From an uncultured Verrucomicrobiae bacterium (GTDB lineage: Bacteria > Verrucomicrobiota > Verrucomicrobiia > Chthoniobacterales > UBA10450): a stretch of 64,000 nt of DNA. Numbering within the stretch: the first letter of the stretch is position 1; every line of letters begins with the position of its first letter. The notes under the pieces were generated by a model that saw only the letters and a list, made by a program, of their open reading frames with translations, was not told the origin of the DNA and made no database searches. Below, piece after piece: positions 51,501-60,522 of the stretch. The stretch lies in NCBI GenBank assembly GCA_963726745.1, contig CAVSDR010000004.1, positions 32,001 through 96,000 on the forward strand. Reading direction: 5' to 3'. The translations under genes and the position numbers were made by a program.

Positions 51501-51958
51501 TCGCCGTTAAAGGAATTGAACGTCTTCATGCGCGAGCGAAAGGCCACCCGCGGCTTCGTGTTTTGCCAGCCGAGGACGATATTGTTCGGCCCCATGCGAT
51601 CGGAGATGTCGTCGCGCGCGAGCGTGGCCGTGGTCGTGAGCCGCTTCGGCTCGCCGCCGTCGCCCGGCATCACATAGACCTCGGTGTTGCCGTCGTATTG
51701 CGAAGTGAAAGCGAGCTGCGCCCCATCGGGCGAGAAGTGCGGGAAGGAAGTGTAGCCCGGGCCACTCGTTAGCCGGCGGGCCACGCCGCCCTCCTTCGGC
51801 ACAGTGTAGAGTTCACCCGCATAATCGAAGACGATCTGCGCGCCATTGGTCGTAGGGAAACGCAGCAGCCGGGTGGTTTTCGGTAATTCGGGCGACTGCG
51901 CGAAGGCGGAGACGGCGAGGAGCGGAAGGAGGAGGAAGAGGCGGGAGAGGAAACGCAT
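48587..51958 (-). CDS. Tricorn-like S41 protease (beta-propellers, PDZ)
   Basis: PD40-like WSPD repeats, GELNNGHAY, DVRGNGGG, SASDGDIF, GKRTWGG. Confidence 0.95.
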   Translation of the reverse strand: MRFLSRLFLLLPLLAVSAFAQSPELPKTTRLLRFPTTNGAQIVFDYAGELYTVPKEGGVARRLTSGPGYTSFPHFSPDGAQLAFTSQYDGNTEVYVMPGDGGEPKRLTTTATLARDDISDRMGPNNIVLGWQNTKPRVAFRSRMKTFNSFNGDLFTVGMEGDLPTPMPIPRGGFLSFSPDDSKMAFNRIFREFRTWKGYRGGMADDIWIFDFKTGTTENLTNNEAQDICPMWGPENKIYYLSDRDGRMNLFVTDLGSKETKQLTQFKDFDIKFPSIGKDAIVFEQAGYIWRYDLASGQAQPVPIEIKEDLASGRTAMVDASKQIGSVAIAPDGERAVVVGRGNLFTVPAKDGSPRTLTRTSEAHERDATWSPDGKWIAYNSDATGENELYVRAQDGSGQPQQITSGADTYYYKPIWSPDSKKLLWSDRLQRLRFVDLASKAITQVDQDPNGEIRGYDWSPDSQWIAWSRPEENNFDKVYLYSLADKKTTPVTDNWYSAGDPTFSDDGKYLLLTSSRDFDPLFGQEDFAALYRDMSRVYLVTLAKETENPLGPKSDEVGKAEKKKDEGEAKKGDEKKGEGKDAKEPKKPVVVKVDLDGIGQRLIALDIVRGDYGQLRKIGDRVFYLRRTVADESGDEEEGGPGSRKAHLCVYSLEDRKETVLGDVNNYEISADGKKMLVKVKDDYAIVDLPKDKLELKDEKAGKDFKLKLKGLDMMLDRHAQWRQIYFEAWRQMRDFFYAPNMNGIDWPAMRDKYAALLPFVNHRNDLTYLIGELIGELNNGHAYVAGGERPELPRIKLGLLGAELSRDAASKAYRIDRILPGENWDKHTRSPLTEVGVNVKPGDYILAINGIPVSSLGNIYEALIGQADKQVTLRVNSKPAEDGARDVVVVPTADESGLYYLAWVQRNVEYVNKKTNGEVGYLHIPDMSQAGLNQFTKMYFPQVKKKALIVDVRGNGGGFVSPLIIEKLRRQLVMVEMSRNGTAQTNPPNTFLGPMVTLINEFSASDGDIFPYRFKTMGLGKLIGKRTWGGVVGIRNPLPLADGGQLFRPEFAPYAKDGSSWVIESRGVEPDIVVDNDPAREFKGEDQQLDRAIAEIQEERKTKNYQLPPIPAYPDRNPAKAK

Positions 51959-51983
51959 AGAGGTTTGGGGTTCAGCTTAGACG

Positions 51984-53292
51984 TCAACCTGCCGGGCGGC
52001 GTTCAAGATTCGGCAGAAACGCCGTCAGCAGCCCGATCAGTGGCAGATAAGAACAGACATGGAAGACGTAGGGAATCCCGCGGTGATCCGCCAGCACCCC
52101 GAGCACGGCTGAGCCGATTCCGCCCATGCCGAAGGCGAGGCCAAAGAAGAGCCCGCTCATCAGGCCGACTTTTCCGGGAACCAGTTCCTGCGCAAAGACC
52201 AGGATGGCCGAGAAAGCAGACGACAAGATCACGCCGATGATCGCGCTGAGCACAGCCGCACCAGAACAGATTCGCGTAGGGCAAGGCGAGCGCGAATGGA
52301 GTCACGCCCAGGATAGACGCCCAGATGACCGCCTTTCGCCCGATGCGGTCGCCGATCGGGCCGCCGAGGAAAGTGCCCGCGGCGATCGCGGCCAGGAAGA
52401 TGAAGAGATGAAGCTGCGCACTCTTTACCGAGAGGCCAAACTTCTCCATCAGGAAGAAGGTGTAATAGCTCCCCATGCTCGCGAGGTAGAAATACTTCGA
52501 GAAGACCAGGACCACGAGAACGCCTAACGAGAAGAAAACCCGCCGGCGCGCGAGCGGCGTCGCCCGGAGCAAGTGGCTGCCTAATTTCCGGCCCTCGCGC
52601 CGGCTCTCGTCCAGCCGCCGGCGATACCAGCGCCCGACGCCCGAGAGCACGAGGATGCCCGTGAGCGCAAGGAGGGTGAACCAGATGATCGCCCCCTGCC
52701 CGCGGCTGACGACGATGAGCGCCGCGAGCAGCGGCCCGAGCGAGCTCCCGGCATTCCCGCCTACCTGGAAAAGCGATTGCGCAAAGCCGTGCTGCCCGCC
52801 GGAGCTCAAGTGCGCCACGCGCGACGCTTCCGGATGAAAGACCGACGAGCCGATCCCGACCAGCCCAACCGCGAGCAGGACCAGCGTCAAAGTGCTGCCT
52901 AACGAGAGCAAAACCAGCCCCACGAGGGTGAAGGTCATCCCGATGGCGAGCGAGTAAGGCTGCGGGTGTTTGTCGGTGAAGAGGCCGACGAACGGCTGCA
53001 AGAGCGAGGCCGTGAGCTGATTCGTTAGCGTAATCAGCCCAATGTGGCGGAAGTCGAGATTGAGCTCCGTCTTGAGGATTGGGTAGATCGCCGGGATCAG
53101 CGATTGCAGGGTGTCGTTCAGCAGGTGCGCGAAGCTGAGCGCGCCCAGCACCCCGAGGACAGGCGCGGCGGCTTTCGGCAAGGCGATGTGATCCTCGGCG
53201 CAAACTGGCGGGCCGCTCGGCGGCGCTTCGACTTCCCCTGGCACGCCCCGACCTTCCACCGCCCGCGCGCGCTCGTCGCGTGGATTCTCCAC
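51984..53292 (-). CDS. fsr: Fsr-type MFS efflux transporter, +1 frameshift near 52255
   Basis: HLLNDTLQSL, SSVFHPEASR, AQSLFQVGGN, GGPIGDRIGRK; tail SAFSAILVFAQELVPG in ORF 51984..52253. Confidence 0.88.
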
Positions 53293-53330
53293 GGTTGCAA
53301 AGCGAGCCTGCTTCGGAATGATTCCCCGCG

Positions 53331-55277
53331 ATGCGAGACGACAAGATCGAGGCGGCCTTGGCGGCCGGAAAATTACTGCCGGCGGCCGCGGAAAACCTGC
53401 GCGGGTTGCTCGCGGGCGCCCCGGATGATTTCTACGCGCGCGTGATCGGCGAGCTGGCGGATGGCGGGCATTGGAGCGAGCTAAACGACCGCTTTTACAA
53501 GAAGCTCGCCTTCGGGACCGGTGGTCTGCGCGGCCGGACCGTGGGCAAAGTCGTCACCGCCGTCGAGCGCGGCTCTGCGGCCCACGATGCACCGCCGGAG
53601 TTCCCCTGCGTGGGCACGAATGCGATGAACTTCTACAACGTGGCCCGCGCCACCCGCGGCCTGGTGGCTTACCTGCACGATTGGTTTGCGCAGGAAAAAC
53701 TCCCGGGCCGCCCGAAGCTGGTGATCGCGCACGACACGCGCTTTTTCTCGCGGGAGTTCACCGCGCTGGCGGCGAAAGTCGCGGCGGAGAATGGCGCCGA
53801 CGCTTTCATCTTCGACGGCCCGCGCTCGACCCCGGAGCTGTCGTTTGCCGTGCGCCATCTCCACGCGAGCGCCGGCATCGTGATCACCGCGAGCCACAAC
53901 CCGCCGCATGACAATGGCTACAAGGTTTACTTCGCCGACGGCGCGCAAGTGGTCGAGCCGCACGCCGGCGGAATCATCGCAAAAGTGAACCAGCCGTCAG
54001 CCGCGGAGTCGCCGCACGGCCACGGCGCGGTCACGACTTTAGGCAGCGAGATCGACGCAGCCTACATGCGGCGGTTGGAGACGTTGGTGCTCGATCCGGA
54101 GCTGGTCCGCGGCGCGAAAGACTTGCGGATCGTCTTCACCCCGATCCACGGGACCGGCGGCGTGATCATCAAGCCGATGCTCCAGCGGCTCGGCTTTCAG
54201 TTTGCAGTCGTTAGGCAGCAAGATGAGTTCGACGGCGCTTTCCCGACGGTGGCTTCGCCGAACCCGGAAAACGCCGAGGCGCTGAAGCTGGGCGTGGAGC
54301 AGGCGCAAGCCGACGGCGCCGACCTGGTGGTCGCGACCGACCCGGATTGCGACCGCATGGGCGTGGCCGTGCGCACCGCCGCCGGCGAGATGAAATTGCT
54401 CACCGGCAACCAGATCGGCTCGCTCATGGCCTACTACCGCGCGAAGACGCTTTTCGAGCAGGGCGTGCTCACGAAGGAAAACGCGAAGCGCGGAGTGATC
54501 ATCAAGACGTTCGTCACCACCGATCTGCAAAAAGCGATCGCCGAACACTACGGCCTGCGCTGCGTCGAGACGCTGACCGGCTTCAAGTATATCGGCGCGA
54601 AGCTCGGGAAATACGAGGCCGCGCTCCCGGCGGCGACGCGCGCAGAATACCGCTCGCTCTCGGAGGAAGAGACGCGGGCGCGCCGGCTGGCGGACTCCTC
54701 GCTTTACATCTTTGGCGGCGAGGAAAGCTACGGCTACAGCGGCGCGGATTTCGTGCGCGACAAGGATGGCAACGGCGCCACGATCATGTTTTGCGAAGTT
54801 GCGGCTTACGCGAAATCGAAGGGCCTAACGCTCGATGCCTTGCTTGATGAAGTTTTCGCGACCTTTGGATTCTTCGCGGAAAAAAACGGCGCCATGACCT
54901 TCGAAGGCGCGGAAGGCGCGGGGAAGATCAAGGCGCTGCTCGAGTCCTACGTGAGCGCGCCGCCGCCGGAGATGCTCGGGTCGGCGGTGGCCGCGGTGAA
55001 GAACTTCGAGCAGGAGACTTATCGCGACGTCGAGGGCGACGTGATCCCGAAGGAAAAGATGCTCATCTTCGAACTAGCCGACCAGACGCGCGTGGCCGTG
55101 CGCGGTTCCGGCACCGAACCGAAGATCAAGTATTACCTCTTCGCGCAGCGCCGGCCGGAAGACGGAGCGCGCTTGAGCGAGGAAGAACTCGCAAACGCGA
55201 AACACGACGTCACCGCACGCCTCGAGCAGCTTTGGTCGTGGCTGCAGGACGATGCCGCCGCGCGGATCGGCTCGTAG
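53331..55277 (+). CDS. pgm: Phosphoglucomutase/phosphomannomutase family
   Basis: FGTGGLRG, TASHNP, DPDCDR, GGEESYG, RGSGTEPKIK. Confidence 0.93.
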   Translation: MRDDKIEAALAAGKLLPAAAENLRGLLAGAPDDFYARVIGELADGGHWSELNDRFYKKLAFGTGGLRGRTVGKVVTAVERGSAAHDAPPEFPCVGTNAMNFYNVARATRGLVAYLHDWFAQEKLPGRPKLVIAHDTRFFSREFTALAAKVAAENGADAFIFDGPRSTPELSFAVRHLHASAGIVITASHNPPHDNGYKVYFADGAQVVEPHAGGIIAKVNQPSAAESPHGHGAVTTLGSEIDAAYMRRLETLVLDPELVRGAKDLRIVFTPIHGTGGVIIKPMLQRLGFQFAVVRQQDEFDGAFPTVASPNPENAEALKLGVEQAQADGADLVVATDPDCDRMGVAVRTAAGEMKLLTGNQIGSLMAYYRAKTLFEQGVLTKENAKRGVIIKTFVTTDLQKAIAEHYGLRCVETLTGFKYIGAKLGKYEAALPAATRAEYRSLSEEETRARRLADSSLYIFGGEESYGYSGADFVRDKDGNGATIMFCEVAAYAKSKGLTLDALLDEVFATFGFFAEKNGAMTFEGAEGAGKIKALLESYVSAPPPEMLGSAVAAVKNFEQETYRDVEGDVIPKEKMLIFELADQTRVAVRGSGTEPKIKYYLFAQRRPEDGARLSEEELANAKHDVTARLEQLWSWLQDDAAARIGS

Positions 55278-55312
55278 CTCGACAGCCGCCGTTTTCCCAC
55301 TGAAAGTCCGCG

Positions 55313-55630
55313 ATGCCTCGTGAGATTAAGTTAAGCGGCAGCGAGATCACTCTGCTGAAAGCGATCGGCCTGGGTGGTTCGCCGGTGCAGGGCAAGATCC
55401 TGATCGAGCGCACCGAGGACATGATCACCGCAGAATTTCTCGACACCCTCGATGGCCTGCTTTCCATCGGTTACGTCATGAGCAACAAGGTCAATGTGCG
55501 CAAAATGGAAGACGTCGAGCGCGCCTTCTTCCGGGTGAATCCGTCGTATGCGCGCGACTTGAAGGATGCGCTCAACCCCGCGGCCCGTCGCGACGCTGGC
55601 GGGCGCGCCCGGCGGCAGCGGAGAAGCTAA
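55313..55630 (+). CDS. Small hypothetical protein, possible winged-helix fold, basic tail
   Basis: Clean ORF between pgm and lnt with typical codon use. Confidence 0.7.
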   Translation: MPREIKLSGSEITLLKAIGLGGSPVQGKILIERTEDMITAEFLDTLDGLLSIGYVMSNKVNVRKMEDVERAFFRVNPSYARDLKDALNPAARRDAGGRARRQRRS

Positions 55631-55638
55631 CCCGCGCG

Positions 55639-57354
55639 GTGAATTCCCTGCACAGAGCGCTCCGGCTGTGGCCGTGGCTGGCGGCGATCACGAGTGGCGT
55701 TTTTCTGCGCCTTTGCTTCGCTCCGTTCGATCAGGCCTGGCTTTGCTGGGTCGCGCTCGCGCCGCTGCTCGCGGGCATTTGGTTTCCGGGTTACGAGGTC
55801 CGCCGACCTTGGCGGCGACATCTTCTGCTCGGCTATCTCACCGGGATCATTTTCTTTTGGTCGGTCTTCTCGTGGCTCACTACCGTGACCACGCCCGGCT
55901 GGATTCTCGTGGGTCTTTACATGGGAATTTACCCAGCGCTTTGGGCCTGGCTGGTCGGGCAATTGCGCCCGGTGCCCCGTCCGCCGACGCCGCTCACTGG
56001 GCTGGAAGCGGTCACGCGCAAGCTCGAGGAAAAACGGGCCGCGGAGCGGGGCCTGGTCCTGCCGCCGGCGACGCCGGTGGAATCAGAAGCCAGCCGATCG
56101 CCCTGGCTCAGCTCATTAAATAATATCCGCCTGGCGGCCTTGCTTTCCGCAGCCTGGGTCGCGCTCGAGTTCATCCGCTCGACGCTCTTTTCCGGCTGGG
56201 GCTGGAACAGTCTGGGAAGCGCGCTCCATGCGCAGTGGGCCATGATCCAGATCGCCGATCTCACCGGCGTGCCCGGCCTTTCCTTCCTCGTTTGCTTCAC
56301 CACCGTCATCCTGGTCGCCACCGTCCGGCGCTTCATCCTCGAGACCCAGGTGCGGCCGGTGAAGCCGCATTACGATTTCACCGTCACCATGGCGCTGCTT
56401 GTGGCCGTGATCGCCTACGGCGTGCGTTCGGTGCAACACCGCCGGCCGGTGGAAACGATCCGCGTCTCCGCCCTCCAGCCGGACATTCCGCGGGAGGATA
56501 AATTCAACCCGCAGACGGCGGATTCGGTTTTCGCCACCTACCGCCGCTTGAGCGAAATCGCGCTCCGTTCGCAACCGGACCTGCTCCTCTGGCCGGAGAG
56601 CTCGCTGCCCGGCCCGGCGCTGCAGGATGAGCAAAGCAACGCCTTCCTGATGGACTTCGCCGCGAAGGCGCAGGTCGACCTCTTGTTAGGCGCGATCGAC
56701 GTGAACGAAAAGGACGCCTTCAACGCCGCCCTCCTCGTCTCCGCGGGCGGCGAGCGCGTGCAACTCTACCGGAAAATCCACCTCGTCCCCTTCGGCGAAT
56801 ATGTTCCCGGCCGGAACACTATTCCGGGCATCGGCGCGATCGTCGGCAATCAGGTCCCGGAAGACTTCGGCTTTGGGCGCGAGTTCACCGTCTTCACCAC
56901 CGCGAAGGAAAACGTGCGCGTGGCGCCGTTGATTTGCTTCGAGGACACGATCGGCGAGCTCACCCGGCAGTTCGTTCGCCGCGGCGCGAACTTGCTGGCT
57001 AATGTGACCAACGACGGCTGGTTTCTCCAGTCCGCCGGCTCGCAACAGCACCTGGCGAACGCGGTTTTCCGTTGCGTGGAAACGCGATTGCCAATGGTTC
57101 GCTCGGCCAACACCGGCGTGACCACCTTCATCAACGAATTCGGCCGGCCGACGCAGACTTTGCGCGATGAACGCGGGAGCCAATTCACCCAGGGCGTCCT
57201 CACCGGCACAGTCGAGGTGCCGCTGGAATACGAGCCGACGTTTTACGTGCAACACGGCGAGCTTTTCGCACAGATTTGTCTCGCGCTCACGGCCGCACTT
57301 GGTGCTTTTCTTGGCCTGCGCGCGCTCCGGCGGCGCACTCCGAAGCATGACTGA
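55639..57354 (+). CDS. lnt: Apolipoprotein N-acyltransferase
   Basis: WPES, YRKIHLVPFGEY, ICFED, TNDGWF, RSANTG. Confidence 0.95.
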   Translation: MNSLHRALRLWPWLAAITSGVFLRLCFAPFDQAWLCWVALAPLLAGIWFPGYEVRRPWRRHLLLGYLTGIIFFWSVFSWLTTVTTPGWILVGLYMGIYPALWAWLVGQLRPVPRPPTPLTGLEAVTRKLEEKRAAERGLVLPPATPVESEASRSPWLSSLNNIRLAALLSAAWVALEFIRSTLFSGWGWNSLGSALHAQWAMIQIADLTGVPGLSFLVCFTTVILVATVRRFILETQVRPVKPHYDFTVTMALLVAVIAYGVRSVQHRRPVETIRVSALQPDIPREDKFNPQTADSVFATYRRLSEIALRSQPDLLLWPESSLPGPALQDEQSNAFLMDFAAKAQVDLLLGAIDVNEKDAFNAALLVSAGGERVQLYRKIHLVPFGEYVPGRNTIPGIGAIVGNQVPEDFGFGREFTVFTTAKENVRVAPLICFEDTIGELTRQFVRRGANLLANVTNDGWFLQSAGSQQHLANAVFRCVETRLPMVRSANTGVTTFINEFGRPTQTLRDERGSQFTQGVLTGTVEVPLEYEPTFYVQHGELFAQICLALTAALGAFLGLRALRRRTPKHD

Positions 57355-58276
57355 CGATCTCGCCATCTCCGTGCGCGACCTGCGCATGAACTACGGCCCG
57401 CTCGAGGCGGTCAAGGGGATCGACTTCGAGGTGCAAAGCGGCGAGGTCTTCGGCCTCCTCGGCCCGAATGGCGCTGGCAAAACCACCACCGTGGAAATCC
57501 TCGAGGGCCTGCGCCGCCGCACCGGCGGTGAAGTGCGCGTGCTCGGGCTGGACCCCGATCGCCAGAAGCAAAAACTCAAGGACCGCATCGGCGTGGCCCT
57601 GCAGGCGACAAGTTTAGCCGACAAGATCCGCGTGGGCGAAGCGGTGAAGCTCTTTGGTTCCTTCTACACCCGCACGGTCGATGGCGAGGCGCTTTTGAAA
57701 CGCCTTCAGCTTTGGGAAAAGCGGAACGCTTTCTACAGCTCGCTCTCCGGCGGACAACAACAGCGGCTGGCCCTCGTGCTCGCGTTGATCAACGACCCGC
57801 AACTTCTCTTCCTCGACGAGCCGACCACCGGCCTCGACCCGCAGGTGCGCCTGGAAATTCGCGACCTGATCGAGGAACTGCGCTCCGAGAAGCGCACCAT
57901 CCTCATGACCACGCACTACATCGAGGAAGCCGAGCGGCTCTGCGATCGCGTGGCCATTATCGACGCCGGCAAAATCATCGCCCTCGGCACGCCGCGCGAG
58001 TTGCAGGAGAAAAGCGCCACGCAATCCGGGATCGAAGCACGCCTCGATCGACCGGTCCCGGCTGGCCCGCTCCCGGAATTCGCCGAGAGCCTCCGCACTC
58101 TTCTGAGCGACGATCGCCGCAGCCTCACGATCAGCTCGAAACGGCCGGCAAAGACTTTGGTCGAGCTGGTGAAATGGATCGAAGCGCAGGGCCTCGAACT
58201 CGAAGACGTGCACTTGAAACGGCCTACGCTCGAGGATGTCTTTATCGAGCTGACCGGGAAGAAGCTCCGCGACTAA
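57347..58276 (+). CDS. ABC transporter ATP-binding protein (DrrA/NodI-like)
   Basis: GPNGAGKTT, LSGGQ, LDEPTTG, TTH. Confidence 0.95.
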   Translation: MTDDLAISVRDLRMNYGPLEAVKGIDFEVQSGEVFGLLGPNGAGKTTTVEILEGLRRRTGGEVRVLGLDPDRQKQKLKDRIGVALQATSLADKIRVGEAVKLFGSFYTRTVDGEALLKRLQLWEKRNAFYSSLSGGQQQRLALVLALINDPQLLFLDEPTTGLDPQVRLEIRDLIEELRSEKRTILMTTHYIEEAERLCDRVAIIDAGKIIALGTPRELQEKSATQSGIEARLDRPVPAGPLPEFAESLRTLLSDDRRSLTISSKRPAKTLVELVKWIEAQGLELEDVHLKRPTLEDVFIELTGKKLRD

Positions 58277-58283
58277 TGAACCG

Positions 58284-60482
58284 ATGAAAGCCTTCCTCGC
58301 CCTGATGCAGAACGATCTGCGCCTCGCGTTGCGCAATCGTGCGGTCGTCTTCTTCAATTACTTCTTTCCGCTAACCTTCTTTTTCATCTTCGCGCTCCTG
58401 CTCCAGGCCAACCAAGGCTCGGCGATCAATCGCGTGATCACGATCGCCCTCGGCTTTGGCATTCTCGGGAATGGCCTTTTTGGCGCCGGGATGCGCGCGG
58501 TCATGGATCGCGAGGCCAATGTCCTCCGGCGTTACAAGGTCACGCCGATCACCCCGGTCCCGCTGCTCGTGGCCTCGATGATCGTGGGCGCGCTGCTCTT
58601 CCTACCCACGGTGATCGTCACGCTGTTCCTGGCCCATCAGTTCTACGGGATGGAAGTGCCGCCTAATCTTGTCTCCTTCTTCCTTTTCGTCATCGTGGCC
58701 GCGATCGCCTTCCGCGCGCTGGGGTTGATCATCGCCGCGGTGGTCAATTCCTCCCAGGAAAGCAACCTCCTGATCCAGCCGATCTACATGGTCATGCTTT
58801 TCCTCAGCGGCATGACCATCCCGATCAGCATGTTCCCGGATTGGCTCCAGCGCGTGACCCAATTTGTCCCCGCGACTTACCTCATGAGCGGGATGGCCGG
58901 GATCATCCAGCGGCACGAAACGCTCCTGCAAAACTGGGCCGCAACCGCCGCGCTCCTCGTGACCGCGGTCATCGCTACTTTCATCGCGACGAAACTTTTC
59001 CGCTGGGAAAAGGGCGAGAAGCTCCGGCCCGCAGCCAAGCTCTGGGTGCTGGTCTCGCTGGTGCCGTTTCTTCTCCTCGGCGCCTACCAGTCATGGAGCA
59101 GCGAGAACCTCACCAAAACGAAAATCCTCGCGCGCGAAGTTCAGCGCGGCCGCTCCTGGCTCCTGCAGAACGGGCGCATTTTCGTGGGCGACGGCCGGGT
59201 GATCGAGTCCGGCTCCGTCCTGATCCGCCGCGGCAAGATCGCGCGGATTTTTGAAGGCCCGGCGCCGGAGGCGAAGGCGCTCAATGCCGAGCCGATCGAG
59301 GCCGCCGGCAAGACGATCCTGCCCGGCCTGATCGATGTGCATGTGCACCTTGGCGCGCCGGGCGGCTTCGTCGAGGACTGGTCAAAACACGACTCGAAGA
59401 AGGCGATCGAGCGTGAACTCGCTGCCTATCTTTTCTCCGGCGTGACCGCGGTGCGCAGCGCAGGCGACGCCACCGACACGTTGCTCGATGTGCGCACGCA
59501 TTTCGCCACCGGCGAGAAGCTGGGGACCGAGCTCTTCCTTTGCGGTCCGCTCTTCACCGCCAAGGACGGTCACGGGACGGAATACGGGAAGTTCATCCCG
59601 GAGAACTTCCGCGAAGGCTTCAACGCGCAATTCGTCCGCACGCCGCAAAGCGCGGCGGAAGCGCGCACGCAAGTCGACCAGCTCGCGCAGCAGGGCGTCG
59701 ATGCGATCAAGGGCGTCCTCGAGACTGGCTCGGCCTCGTATTCCTTCGTGCGCATGGACCTCACGATCCTGCGCGCCGTGGCCGACGCCGCGCACGCGCA
59801 CAATCTCCCCGTCTCCATCCACACCGGCGACGCCCAGGACGTGGCCGACGCCGTCGCCTTGGGCGCAAACTCGATCGAGCACGGCTCTTTCCGCGACGAA
59901 ATAGCCGACAACATCCTCGCCCAGATGAAGGAGAACGGCATCATGCTCGACCCGACGCTCTCGGTCGCGGAGGGGATGAAAGACTTCGCTGCGGGCAAGA
60001 CCGACCTGCTCAAGCGCTCGTTAGTCCAGCAGGTCACGCCGAAGGATTTGCTTGCCAGCACCGAGCGCGCGACGAGCGACCCCAAGACCGCCGAGATGCG
60101 CGAAAACCTCGCGAAGTATCCGATCTCGCTCGAGCAAGGCGCGCGCAACCTCGTCCGCGCGTGGCAGGCCGGGGTCACACTCGTGACCGGCTCGGACGCG
60201 GGGAACTCCTTCGTCTTCCACGGCCCGACGGTGCAGCGGGAGATCGAGCTCTGGGTGGCCGCCGGCATCCCGCCCGCGGTCGCGCTCCAGGCAGCCACCG
60301 CCAATGCCGCGCGCTTGCTGCGCGCCGAGGACCGCTTCGGCACCGTCGCGGAAGGGAAGGAAGCCAGCTTGCTGATGGTCGATGGCAACCCGCTCGAAGA
60401 CGTGCGTGCGCTCTCGGCCATTTCCACCGTTTTCTTCAAGGGCGAACGCGTCGGGCGCACCGAACTCTTGGAAGAAAAGTAA
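58284..60482 (+). CDS. ABC-2 permease fused to an amidohydrolase domain
   Basis: N-terminal ~270 aa ABC-2 TM domain; then PGLIDVHVH, AIKG, IHTG, IEHG, GSDAG. Confidence 0.85.
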   Translation: MKAFLALMQNDLRLALRNRAVVFFNYFFPLTFFFIFALLLQANQGSAINRVITIALGFGILGNGLFGAGMRAVMDREANVLRRYKVTPITPVPLLVASMIVGALLFLPTVIVTLFLAHQFYGMEVPPNLVSFFLFVIVAAIAFRALGLIIAAVVNSSQESNLLIQPIYMVMLFLSGMTIPISMFPDWLQRVTQFVPATYLMSGMAGIIQRHETLLQNWAATAALLVTAVIATFIATKLFRWEKGEKLRPAAKLWVLVSLVPFLLLGAYQSWSSENLTKTKILAREVQRGRSWLLQNGRIFVGDGRVIESGSVLIRRGKIARIFEGPAPEAKALNAEPIEAAGKTILPGLIDVHVHLGAPGGFVEDWSKHDSKKAIERELAAYLFSGVTAVRSAGDATDTLLDVRTHFATGEKLGTELFLCGPLFTAKDGHGTEYGKFIPENFREGFNAQFVRTPQSAAEARTQVDQLAQQGVDAIKGVLETGSASYSFVRMDLTILRAVADAAHAHNLPVSIHTGDAQDVADAVALGANSIEHGSFRDEIADNILAQMKENGIMLDPTLSVAEGMKDFAAGKTDLLKRSLVQQVTPKDLLASTERATSDPKTAEMRENLAKYPISLEQGARNLVRAWQAGVTLVTGSDAGNSFVFHGPTVQREIELWVAAGIPPAVALQAATANAARLLRAEDRFGTVAEGKEASLLMVDGNPLEDVRALSAISTVFFKGERVGRTELLEEK

Positions 60483-60522
60483 GCGCGGTTGACGCACCTG
60501 CGCCCCGGCCAGAAAGGGGAAG

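Noticed and set aside
5035..60460. Many long antisense or alternate-frame ORFs (e.g. 5035..6378, 11462..12946, 19340..20764, 29421..30818, 47338..48711, 59570..60460)
   Set aside because: Shadow ORFs expected at high GC; they overlap well-supported genes and have Arg/Ala-rich sequences without motifs
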